35,766 nucleotides of DNA from a virus, in the IMG/VR virus record IMGVR_UViG_3300045988_100376; one strand, written 5' to 3'. Made by a program: the position numbers and the translations under genes. Shown piece after piece: positions 17,064-25,682 of the stretch. The first letter of the stretch is position 1. Every line of letters begins with the position of its first letter. The notes beneath the pieces were generated by a model that was not told the DNA's origin, made no database searches, and worked only from the letters and a program-made list of their open reading frames with translations.

Positions 17064-17648
17064 ATGGCAGAACCAAATCCAACACCAACCCCCAATGAAC
17101 CGACACCTGCACCGCAGGGAACACCGCAGGGAAACGCTCCTGCCTTTGATTATGACAAGCTCGCAAGCCTTATTACAGGCAAACAGAGCGTGACAGAGGA
17201 CACCGTGTTGAAGTCATATTTTAAGGAGCAGGGATTGTCAGCCGATGAGATGAAAGAGGCTATCGGTGCTTTTAAAAAGCAGAAAGCCAAGAACACTCCC
17301 GACTTTGCAAAAATGCAGTCGGAAGTTGAATCTGCAAACAACGCAAAGCTTATGGCAGAAGTCAACCAGTCGGCAACCCTCGAAGCCGTAAAACAGGGCG
17401 TTGACATTGCAACCGTTCCGTATGTGCTTAAAATTGCAGACTTTTCAAAGGCTGTGACAGACGGCAAGGTCAATGCGGAAAAGCTGACAGAGGCTGTTAA
17501 AAAGGTGCTTGACGATATTCCCGCACTCAAGGGCAAACCTGCCGAGAACGGCACAGGAGTTAAGAAAATCGGCGGTGACGGCAACGGCGACAAAAATTTA
17601 ACAGAAGATGCCTTAAGAGGAATTTTCGGCATCAAATCGAAAAAGTAA
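17064..17648 (+). CDS. Capsid scaffolding protein
   Basis: Pro/Thr-rich N-terminus, helical body, position immediately before the major capsid gene. Confidence 0.7.
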   Translation: MAEPNPTPTPNEPTPAPQGTPQGNAPAFDYDKLASLITGKQSVTEDTVLKSYFKEQGLSADEMKEAIGAFKKQKAKNTPDFAKMQSEVESANNAKLMAEVNQSATLEAVKQGVDIATVPYVLKIADFSKAVTDGKVNAEKLTEAVKKVLDDIPALKGKPAENGTGVKKIGGDGNGDKNLTEDALRGIFGIKSKK

Positions 17649-17666
17649 GAAAAGAGGTAAATAATT

Positions 17667-18560
17667 ATGGCAGTATTAGAATACGCAACTATTTTCAGTA
17701 ATGTTTTAAGAGAATTGTACGGTCAAGTCCTTACTTGTGATGACCTTTACCACTCAAACTCTGACATTCAGATTATCAACGGTAAGGATATTAAAATCCC
17801 GAAACTCTCGGTCAGCGGTTATAAAGACCATACACGAGGTGCAGGCGGTTTTAATTCGGGTACATATTCAAACGGTTACGAAACCAAAACCCTTGACCAC
17901 GACAGAGATATTGAGTTTGCTATCGACCCTATTGATGTTGACGAAACAAATATGGTAGTAACTATCGCAAATATTCAGACACGCTTTGAAAAAACACAGG
18001 CTATACCTGAACTCGACTGTTATACTTACAGCAAGCTTTATACAGAAGCTAAGCGAGTTGGTGCAACAGTAAAAACTACTGCATTAACTGCGGCGAATGT
18101 GCTTGCAGATTTTGACGATAACCTTGAGGCTTTTGCCGAAGAGGGTGTACCGCTCGACAGGGTTATTCTTTATGCGACACCACAGTACAAAAAGCTTTTG
18201 AAGAATGCAGAGGGTATTCAGAGAACACTTGAAATCAGTTCCGCAAAGGGCATTGACCGCCGTGTTCGTTCCGTTGATGATATTGATAAGATTGTAGAAG
18301 TGCCAAGCTCAAGAATGAAGTCTTTGTTTGATTTTACAAACGGTTGTGTTGCTGACAGCTCAGCTAAGCAGATTGACTATATTCTTATTGACCCGGAAGC
18401 ACAGGTGTCAAGAGTTAAGTATTCATATATCAATGTCTATACTCCGGGTTCTGACAGCCGAACAGCTGATAATTATATATATCAGAACAGAAAAGTTAAT
18501 GGTACTTTTGCCATTGACGAACTTATGAAGCAGGGCGTAATCATTCATGCCGAGGCTTAA
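17667..18560 (+). CDS. Major capsid protein
   Basis: Position after the scaffold gene, size, strong RBS agaggt. Confidence 0.75.
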   Translation: MAVLEYATIFSNVLRELYGQVLTCDDLYHSNSDIQIINGKDIKIPKLSVSGYKDHTRGAGGFNSGTYSNGYETKTLDHDRDIEFAIDPIDVDETNMVVTIANIQTRFEKTQAIPELDCYTYSKLYTEAKRVGATVKTTALTAANVLADFDDNLEAFAEEGVPLDRVILYATPQYKKLLKNAEGIQRTLEISSAKGIDRRVRSVDDIDKIVEVPSSRMKSLFDFTNGCVADSSAKQIDYILIDPEAQVSRVKYSYINVYTPGSDSRTADNYIYQNRKVNGTFAIDELMKQGVIIHAEA

Positions 18561-18576
18561 AGCGAGGTGAGAAAAA

Positions 18577-18807
18577 ATGAAAGCAATCAAAGACAATAAG
18601 TCATATACAGTCAACACAGACGAGGAAGCTAAGATTTATGTATCCCGTGGTTATGATATTCAGGATGACAACGGCAAAATCAAAGAATATGGATTAGGCA
18701 AGAAAATTTCTGTTGATGATTACAATATTTTGAAGAAAGAAAATTCAAAGCTCAAAGCCGAAAACAAAAAACTTAAAGAGAGTACCAAGTCAGACACAAA
18801 GGAGTAA
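18577..18807 (+). CDS. Hypothetical head-module protein
   Basis: RBS gaggtga. C-terminal coiled coil. Confidence 0.5.
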   Translation: MKAIKDNKSYTVNTDEEAKIYVSRGYDIQDDNGKIKEYGLGKKISVDDYNILKKENSKLKAENKKLKESTKSDTKE

Positions 18808-18811
18808 ATCT

Positions 18812-19141
18812 ATGTATGCCGATTACATTGAACAGCAGGGCGGAGATGAAAACAGTATTATCTCTGCCGAACACATTGATGTTCTGACTTTTAACCGCAT
18901 TGATTTTGAAAAACTTTCGGAAATGCAGAAGAGAATCATCAGCAGAGTGCATAGCAGACTTACTGCTTTTGAAGAAGAAAATGCCGATATGATTTCTTCC
19001 TACCTGAAAAGCTATTCAATCAACGGCACATCAATGGAATTTGGCGCAAGCTGGAATTTAATGTGTATCAGCGGAGTGGCAATTCCTGCCGACCTCTATG
19101 CGTTGCTAAAATCAACAGGACTTTGTTATCCTGCAATCTGA
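18812..19141 (+). CDS. Head-tail connector/adaptor candidate
   Basis: Assigned by synteny only. Confidence 0.45.
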   Translation: MYADYIEQQGGDENSIISAEHIDVLTFNRIDFEKLSEMQKRIISRVHSRLTAFEEENADMISSYLKSYSINGTSMEFGASWNLMCISGVAIPADLYALLKSTGLCYPAI

Positions 19142-19148
19142 AAGGTGC

Positions 19149-19550
19149 GTGAAAACCGTGAAATTTCCGTCACTTGTAAAAAAGCAGTTCTGCAAAACTC
19201 CTGTCGAGGTCACAATCTACGGTGAGGGAATAACCGAGGACGGCTCTCCTGTTATCGCATTTGAGTGCAAAAACCTGTATCCTTCCGAAAATCTTTATCC
19301 GTCAAATATATTGTGCGGAGGCAATGCTGTATGCAATGTGCAGTCAAAGGCAAAGACGGTCTATACCAAAGAGCAGAAAATTGTTCAGGTGTCGGCTGTC
19401 TTGCTTTTTGACGGCGACATTGCTCCCGACAGCCCCACTTTAAGCGGTGGCTTTGTAATCCTTGACGGCGTAAAACGAAACATCGTACAGGGTACAAAAC
19501 ACCGCAACCCCGACGGCACAGTTAATTTTACGGAATTGGATGTGATTTAG
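19149..19550 (+). CDS. Head-closure/adaptor candidate carrying a LYPSxxLYPSN motif
   Basis: Assigned by synteny. GTG start at 19149 or 19158. Confidence 0.45.
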   Translation: MKTVKFPSLVKKQFCKTPVEVTIYGEGITEDGSPVIAFECKNLYPSENLYPSNILCGGNAVCNVQSKAKTVYTKEQKIVQVSAVLLFDGDIAPDSPTLSGGFVILDGVKRNIVQGTKHRNPDGTVNFTELDVI

Positions 19551-19936
19551 TGGGATTTTCGGTATCATCAAAAATCAAACTCAATATGCCTGTTGTAAAA
19601 CAGCTTGACAAGGCAAAGCAACAGGCTCTTGAACAGACAGGTGACGCACTTCTTACACAGGTGAAAAACACGCAGGTAATGCCGTTTGATACGGGCAATC
19701 TTCAGAACGAAAACACCTTTGAAGATTGTGCGCAGAGTTGGAACGGCACGGTTAAAATCGTGTCAAGTACTCCGTATGCAAGGCGTTTGTATTTTCATCC
19801 CGAGTATAATTTCAGCCGTAAGGAAAACATTGCCGCCGGCGGTAAATGGTTCTCACCGTGGCTTGAGGGTGGTACACGGCAGAATTTTTGCAGTCGGGCA
19901 TTTGTGAGATTTTACAGAAAGGAAGCAGGACTTTGA
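19550..19936 (+). CDS. Head-tail joining protein (HK97 gp10-like) candidate
   Basis: Synteny. GTG start overlaps the previous stop. Confidence 0.5.
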   Translation: MGFSVSSKIKLNMPVVKQLDKAKQQALEQTGDALLTQVKNTQVMPFDTGNLQNENTFEDCAQSWNGTVKIVSSTPYARRLYFHPEYNFSRKENIAAGGKWFSPWLEGGTRQNFCSRAFVRFYRKEAGL

Positions 19937-20325
19937 TTTACTTATCGGACATCAGAGATTGGCTCAAAAGCGTTACCTCAGCCGAGCATTATTACATCGG
20001 CAAGCTTGACAACAAGCAGGACAGGTCAATCGGTGTGTATTCATTAAAGCAGTCGGGAACACCCACAAGGGCAATCGGCGGTGAAAGTACCTACGATACA
20101 ATAAGCGTGTCTTTGCTTATCCATTACACCGACAACGCAAGAGAAACCGAGGAGTTTGCACGCAGACTTTACGAAACGCTTTACGGCATTAAAAATGTTG
20201 AAATTAAGGAACACAAAATCTATATAATCGAACTGCTCACGGAAGAACCCGTTGATGTGGGAACAGACGACAAGGGTGTGTATGAGCAGGTCATTGAAGT
20301 TAAATTTTATTACGAAAGGAAGTAA
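19933..20325 (+). CDS. Tail completion/terminator protein candidate
   Basis: The TTG at 19933 overlaps the previous stop after aaaggaagcagg. Synteny. Confidence 0.45.
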   Translation: MIYLSDIRDWLKSVTSAEHYYIGKLDNKQDRSIGVYSLKQSGTPTRAIGGESTYDTISVSLLIHYTDNARETEEFARRLYETLYGIKNVEIKEHKIYIIELLTEEPVDVGTDDKGVYEQVIEVKFYYERK

Positions 20326-20329
20326 TTTT

Positions 20330-20773
20330 ATGGCAAAAGTTGAATCGGGAGTATTCCCGTGCTATGAAAATCAGTTTGCGGTTGGCAAGGCAGGAACAGA
20401 ATCCGCCACGACAAATATTGCTAACTGCGAAGAATTTTCTGTTGCATTTGACAACGGCGTCGAGGAATGGACAGCCTTTGAAAACGAGGGCTGGAAGTCA
20501 AGGCTTATGACAGCAAAGTCAATCACAATTTCGGTAAAGGGCAAGCGTACAATCGGTGACGCAGGCAATGACCAGATTGCCGCCCTTGCATTTGAAAACG
20601 GCAGAAAGGCAGAAGTTTCGTTTATGTGGACCTTCCCCAACGGTGCAACCGTCCTCTTTAAAAATGCAGTTGTATCCGTTACATCAAACGGTGCAGGCGC
20701 AAGTACGGGTGTTGCTCCGCTTGAATTTGAAGTTATGTCAAACGGCAAACCTGTATATACAGCAGCCGCTTAA
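20330..20773 (+). CDS. Major tail (tube) protein
   Basis: ATG at 20330 after gaaaggaag. Position directly before the chaperone pair. Confidence 0.65.
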   Translation: MAKVESGVFPCYENQFAVGKAGTESATTNIANCEEFSVAFDNGVEEWTAFENEGWKSRLMTAKSITISVKGKRTIGDAGNDQIAALAFENGRKAEVSFMWTFPNGATVLFKNAVVSVTSNGAGASTGVAPLEFEVMSNGKPVYTAAA

Positions 20774-20795
20774 AAAACGAAAGGAATGAACGATT

Positions 20796-21113
20796 ATGTC
20801 AAAGTTAATTGATATTACAGACAAGCTTAATTTTGAGGAAAAGCCGAGTGTCAGAGTTAAAAATGTTGACCTTGCAATCAACAATGACGCAGTTTCAATG
20901 CTCAAAGTTGCGGCACTTTTTGAGGACGGCAACGGTAAAAGTAAAGATGTTATCGAAATGTATCATCTTCTTTTTGATGAATCCGAGAGAGAAAAGATTG
21001 AAAAGTTAAAGCTGAATATGCACGATTTCAACGCCCTTATCAGCGAATCTGCCAAAATTGCAACAGGCGATTTGACTGACGAGGGGGAAGTTCAGACCCC
21101 GGCTACGACCTGA
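20796..21113 (+). CDS. Tail assembly chaperone (G-like)
   Basis: Position between the tube and tape-measure genes. Acidic C-terminus. A downstream ORF lies in the -1 frame. Confidence 0.7.
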   Translation: MSKLIDITDKLNFEEKPSVRVKNVDLAINNDAVSMLKVAALFEDGNGKSKDVIEMYHLLFDESEREKIEKLKLNMHDFNALISESAKIATGDLTDEGEVQTPATT

Positions 21114-21418
21114 TTGATGACTTTGATTTAATCGTGTCGAGCTTTCGCTCGGAGTACGGGGTCAGCATTTATTCAAAGGATTTTGCTAAAATGAGTTGGA
21201 ATGAGTTCTGCTCACTTCTGCAAGGCTTAGGACCCGAAACACCGCTTGCAAGAACGGTTCAAATTCGCCTTGAAACCGACAAAGAGGTCTTGAAAAACTT
21301 TACTTCGTCACAGCATAAAATCCGCAACAAGTGGCGGTCAAGGAATGTAAAGCACTATTCAGACGAAGATATGAACACCGTTCTTGCAGAATTTCAAAAC
21401 TTTTTTGCTAATCTGTAA
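21080..21418 (+). CDS. -1 frame extension of the tail assembly chaperone (T-like part of a G-T fusion)
   Basis: The -1 frame is open from 21080. A G-run (gggggaa, 21083-21089) lies inside the overlap. Confidence 0.55.
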   Translation, partial: RGGSSDPGYDLIDDFDLIVSSFRSEYGVSIYSKDFAKMSWNEFCSLLQGLGPETPLARTVQIRLETDKEVLKNFTSSQHKIRNKWRSRNVKHYSDEDMNTVLAEFQNFFANL

Positions 21419-21453
21419 ATTTGTACATAAATTTCGCTGTATCTACAAAATTC

Positions 21454-21482
21454 TTGACAATGTTAATATATAGTGATAAAAT
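21454..21482 (+). promoter_or_regulatory. Promoter TTGACA-17-TAAAAT with an extended -10 TG
   Basis: ttgaca 21454-21459, tgataaaat ending at 21482. Confidence 0.65.
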
Positions 21483-21517
21483 GTAACATACACTAACAAA
21501 TTTATTAAGGAGAGTGT

Positions 21518-22234
21518 ATGTTTATGAAATGTCCACATTGCGGAAACGAATTAAAGGACGATGCAAAATTTTGCGACAAGTGCGGTGCAGGCTTTGGCGG
21601 AAACGATTCAACCTCGGCAACCGTAAATCCTGTAAATGCGAAGAAGAAAATTTACAAGCGTTGGTATTTTTGGGTTATTATCGTTGTTGCTATTATGATT
21701 GTTGGCGGTGTAAACGGTGCAATTAACGGTAACAGCGGTTCAAACAAATCAAAGCAGGAAACTACTGTTGCAAATCAGAGTTCAGAAAAAGCAACTGAAA
21801 AAGCGACAGAAGCACCGACCACAAAAGAAGTTGCAACAGAAAAGCCTACTAAAGACCCGAAGAAGGTTGAAAAAGAATTTAAAGACGGTTGCAAAACAGT
21901 CGACTTTAAAACTCTTTCAAGAAACCCTGACAAGTACAAAGGTAATGACTACAAGTTTGAAGGTCAGATTATTCAGGTTCAGGAAGGTTGGGGCGATTCG
22001 GTTGACCTGAGAATCAATATAACCAAAGAAGAAAATGAGTATCTTGATGAACCATTGTGGACTGATACAATCTACGCAACTGTAGAAATTCCTGACGGTG
22101 CGGACAAACTCCTTGAAGATGATGTAATCACATTCTGGGGAACTTGTGACGGCGACTATACATATGAAACCGTAATGGGCAACAATGTGTCACTTCCGAA
22201 AATCGACATCAAATACTACGAACTCAACAACTAA
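21518..22234 (+). CDS. Zinc-ribbon / single-TM / extracytoplasmic-domain protein (accessory insert)
   Basis: N-terminus MKCPHCGNELKDDAKFCDKCGA, TM segment WYFWVIIVVAIMIVGGV, low-complexity linker, ~120-aa C-terminal domain. Confidence 0.7.
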   Translation: MFMKCPHCGNELKDDAKFCDKCGAGFGGNDSTSATVNPVNAKKKIYKRWYFWVIIVVAIMIVGGVNGAINGNSGSNKSKQETTVANQSSEKATEKATEAPTTKEVATEKPTKDPKKVEKEFKDGCKTVDFKTLSRNPDKYKGNDYKFEGQIIQVQEGWGDSVDLRINITKEENEYLDEPLWTDTIYATVEIPDGADKLLEDDVITFWGTCDGDYTYETVMGNNVSLPKIDIKYYELNN

Positions 22235-22241
22235 AACAAAA

Positions 22242-22271
22242 AGCCACTCCAAATGGGGTGGCTGTTCTTTT
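22242..22271 (+). terminator. Intrinsic terminator
   Basis: agccactcc/ggggtggct stem followed by gttcttttg. Confidence 0.65.
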
Positions 22272-22357
22272 GCAAAATTTTTAAGCGTACATCATAGCGG
22301 TGTGCGCTGTTTTTATGCCTGTTTTTAAAAAATCTAAAATGAAAGGAAGTGGTGAAT

Positions 22358-25264
22358 ATGGCGACAAAGGCGGGTGAAATTGAGCTTGATGTCAGGCTTA
22401 CGGGTGATGATATTTCCAAAACATTGCATAAGATTTCCGATTCAATTACAAAAAAGTTTGATTCGGCATTTTCAAGTCTTTCAAAAGATTTTGAAAATGT
22501 AAGCACGGATATGAAACAGTCCTTTTCAAAGGTTTCGGAGGGCGTTTCTCAGAAAACCGAGAAAGAGTTTTCAAATATCAAAGGCAGCGGTGAGCAGTTA
22601 AGCAATTCGGTTTCATCTTCGTTTAAGAAAATCGGTACGGCTGTGGTTGCCGCCTTTTCCGTTGCTAAAATCAAGGAGTTCGGTCAGCAGTGCATTGAAT
22701 CGGCTGCGGAAGTCAATGCGGCAAATTCGCAGTTTGAGCAGACATTCGGCACAATGCAGTCGCAGGCAGAATCAGCCATTCAGAGTGTTGCCAATCAGAG
22801 CGGTATTCTTGAAACCCGATTGCAGGGCGTCGGCACAAGCATTTATGCCTTTGCAAAAACTACTGGAATGGACAGTTCAAGTGCTTTGGGTATGATGCAG
22901 GAGGCTTTGCAGGTAACAGCCGATAGTGCCGCATATTATGACCGTTCGCTTGAAGATACCGCAGAAAGCCTGAAATCGTTTCTCAAAGGCAACTTTGAAA
23001 ATGATGCCGCACTCGGTTTGTCCTGTACTGAAACCACACGAAATGCGGCGGCTAATAAGCTGTATGGCAAGTCATTTACGGATTTGTCGGAATCGCAGAA
23101 ACAGCTCACGCTTTTGCAAATGGTCAAGGACGCTAATCAGCTTTCGGGTGCTATGGGACAGGCAAGCCGTGAAGCAGACGGTTGGGAGAATGTAACAGGC
23201 AACCTCAGAGAAAGTTGGAAACAGCTCCTTGCCGTAGTCGGTCAGCCTATTTTACAGGTGGCAACTCAGGTTGTAAAGCGGTTGAGTTCCGCACTTGCGA
23301 CTTTAACGGAATATGCCAAAGGTGCGGTTGAATCGCTTTCAAAGGTCTTCGGCTGGGATACAGGCAACAACACCGCAAGCAATATCAAATCTGCGTCCGA
23401 TTCTGCCAAAAGCCTTACGGATACGGCAGATGGCAGTTCAAAGTCACTTGATAATGTTCAGAAAAGTTCCGAAAAAGCAAAGAGAAGTGTTGCGGGCTTT
23501 GATAAGCTGAATGTGCTTTCAAGTACCGATAGTTCTTCAAAGTCAGATACATCTTCATCAAAAAGCTCATCGGGCGGAGCTGTTGCAAAGAATGTTGTCA
23601 AGGACACAAGCAAAAACCTTTCGGGGGCATTCAAAAATCTATACGAAAAAAGCGGATTCAAAGGCTTTGTCGAGAATGTACAGAAAGGTATTAACAAGGT
23701 TGATTGGTCAGCTATAGGCAAGAACTGCAAGACCGTTTTTGATAATGCTGTTCCCATAGTTCAAAAGGCATTCGGCACAATGCAAAAGGTCGGTTCTGCA
23801 AAACTCGGGGCAATCGGCTCTGCATTCGGAGCGGTTGCGACAATCGGCGGAAAGTCGTTTCAGACCATTTCAGGCGGTGTTGCTAAGTGGATTTCAAAAG
23901 ACAGGGAAAAGATTATCGGCTTTATAGACACCATAGGCAACAATCTTACAAACGGCTATAACAATCTTTCAATCTTTTTTGATAATTTCGGTACACTTGC
24001 AGGCAATGCAATTGACAATGTTCGCCCTCAAATGGAAGAATCAATTTCCAATCTTTTAAGCGGTCTTACAACCTTTGCGGGTTCAGTCGGCGAAGTTGTT
24101 TCGGGTGCGTTTTCAATCGCAACCGAAAGCCTTGTTGAATGGACTGAAAATGACGGTGCAACAATCACAGAATTTCTTGAAAATTTACAATTGCAGTTTG
24201 CAGATGTGTTTGACTTTATCGGTCAGATTTTCGGAAATATCGGAACAATTATCAGCGAATGGTGGAACGGCAACGGACAGCAGATTTTTCAGAATGTCTG
24301 CAATATGTTTACCAATATCGGCACAACCCTGATGAATGTTTACAATCAATGGATTAAGCCTGCGTGGGATTTTATCGTAGCAATCGTAAAATCAGCTTGG
24401 GAAAACTGGCTGAAGCCTGTTTTTGAAGGTGCAATAAACTTCTTCGGCAAGGTTGCAGACTGTGTTTCAACCGTGTGGAATAACTTCCTGTCACCGTTTG
24501 TAAACTGGCTTGTCAGCTTTTGGGGACCTATATTTCAGAATGTTTTCAATGCCGTAAAAAGGGTGTTTGATAATGTGTTTACATTTATTGGTGGGTTGGT
24601 TACCTCTATACAGAAAACATTCGGCGGTCTTATTGACTTCATTACAGGTGTTTTCTCAGGCGATTGGAAAAAAGCATGGCAGGGTATCTACGACTTCTTC
24701 AAAGGTATTTGGGACGGCATTTGTGCCGTGTTTAAGTTCATTATAAACGCAATCATTGACGGCATAAATGCGTTGTGGACAGGTATTTATAACTTTGTTT
24801 CTGGCGTTGTTAATTCAATCGGCGGAATAGCCGGTATTATCGGAGCGGCTTTTGGACAGGATTGGAGTTTTTCAATGCCTGAAAATCCGCCTCTCATTCC
24901 GAGATTTGAAGAACCCACGGAATCACCGGCACGAAAATTTGCAAAAGGCGGTATTGTTAAAGCTCCGACACTTGCGGTTGTCGGCGATAACGCAGGTGCT
25001 AACAGCGGTAACCCTGAGGTTATTTCTCCTCTTAACAAGTTACAGGGTATGCTCGACAATTCGGGCGGTCAGGATACAGTGATTCTCACACAAATTCTTG
25101 ACCTGCTTAAACGCATTTATGAAATGTTCATTATCTTTCGCAATAACGGCGGCAACACTTATTCGTTTACTGCCGAGCTTGAGGGTTCAACGCTTTTTGA
25201 AGAAATGATAAGACAGGATGAGCTTTACAGACGCAGACACAACGGTAAATCCGCATTCGCATAA
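22358..25264 (+). CDS. Tail tape measure protein
   Basis: About 970 aa, helical and Gly/Ala-rich with W/F-rich repeats. Position after the chaperones. Confidence 0.85.
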   Translation: MATKAGEIELDVRLTGDDISKTLHKISDSITKKFDSAFSSLSKDFENVSTDMKQSFSKVSEGVSQKTEKEFSNIKGSGEQLSNSVSSSFKKIGTAVVAAFSVAKIKEFGQQCIESAAEVNAANSQFEQTFGTMQSQAESAIQSVANQSGILETRLQGVGTSIYAFAKTTGMDSSSALGMMQEALQVTADSAAYYDRSLEDTAESLKSFLKGNFENDAALGLSCTETTRNAAANKLYGKSFTDLSESQKQLTLLQMVKDANQLSGAMGQASREADGWENVTGNLRESWKQLLAVVGQPILQVATQVVKRLSSALATLTEYAKGAVESLSKVFGWDTGNNTASNIKSASDSAKSLTDTADGSSKSLDNVQKSSEKAKRSVAGFDKLNVLSSTDSSSKSDTSSSKSSSGGAVAKNVVKDTSKNLSGAFKNLYEKSGFKGFVENVQKGINKVDWSAIGKNCKTVFDNAVPIVQKAFGTMQKVGSAKLGAIGSAFGAVATIGGKSFQTISGGVAKWISKDREKIIGFIDTIGNNLTNGYNNLSIFFDNFGTLAGNAIDNVRPQMEESISNLLSGLTTFAGSVGEVVSGAFSIATESLVEWTENDGATITEFLENLQLQFADVFDFIGQIFGNIGTIISEWWNGNGQQIFQNVCNMFTNIGTTLMNVYNQWIKPAWDFIVAIVKSAWENWLKPVFEGAINFFGKVADCVSTVWNNFLSPFVNWLVSFWGPIFQNVFNAVKRVFDNVFTFIGGLVTSIQKTFGGLIDFITGVFSGDWKKAWQGIYDFFKGIWDGICAVFKFIINAIIDGINALWTGIYNFVSGVVNSIGGIAGIIGAAFGQDWSFSMPENPPLIPRFEEPTESPARKFAKGGIVKAPTLAVVGDNAGANSGNPEVISPLNKLQGMLDNSGGQDTVILTQILDLLKRIYEMFIIFRNNGGNTYSFTAELEGSTLFEEMIRQDELYRRRHNGKSAFA

Positions 25265-25277
25265 AGGGGGAAATGAT

Positions 25278-25679
25278 ATGTCAAATTATAACGGCTATTT
25301 GCTTAAATTCGGCAACAACATAATGCCGAATAAGTACATTACCGCATTTTCGTCAACTCCGAATCAGCGACTTGAAACTTCTGCGGAACGAGATCAGAAC
25401 GGTACGCTTCAAAGGGCAACGCTGCCAAATTACAAAACAAAAATTTCGTTTTCAACTCACATTCTTCATCTTGACGAAAAGATTGATTTTCAGTCGATTA
25501 TCAACCTCTCAATGGCGAATAAGTTACAGAGAAAGTGCAGGGTAACTTATTGGAACGATGAAACGAACAGCTATTACACCTCTTATTTTTATATTCCTGA
25601 TATTGAATATACCGTAATGAATGCCGAAAAAAGTGATATAACCTATCAGCCGATTACTGTTGAGCTGATTGAGTATTAA
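25278..25679 (+). CDS. Distal tail / baseplate component candidate
   Basis: ATG at 25278 after aaggggg. Assigned by synteny. Confidence 0.45.
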   Translation: MSNYNGYLLKFGNNIMPNKYITAFSSTPNQRLETSAERDQNGTLQRATLPNYKTKISFSTHILHLDEKIDFQSIINLSMANKLQRKCRVTYWNDETNSYYTSYFYIPDIEYTVMNAEKSDITYQPITVELIEY

Positions 25680-25682
25680 GGG

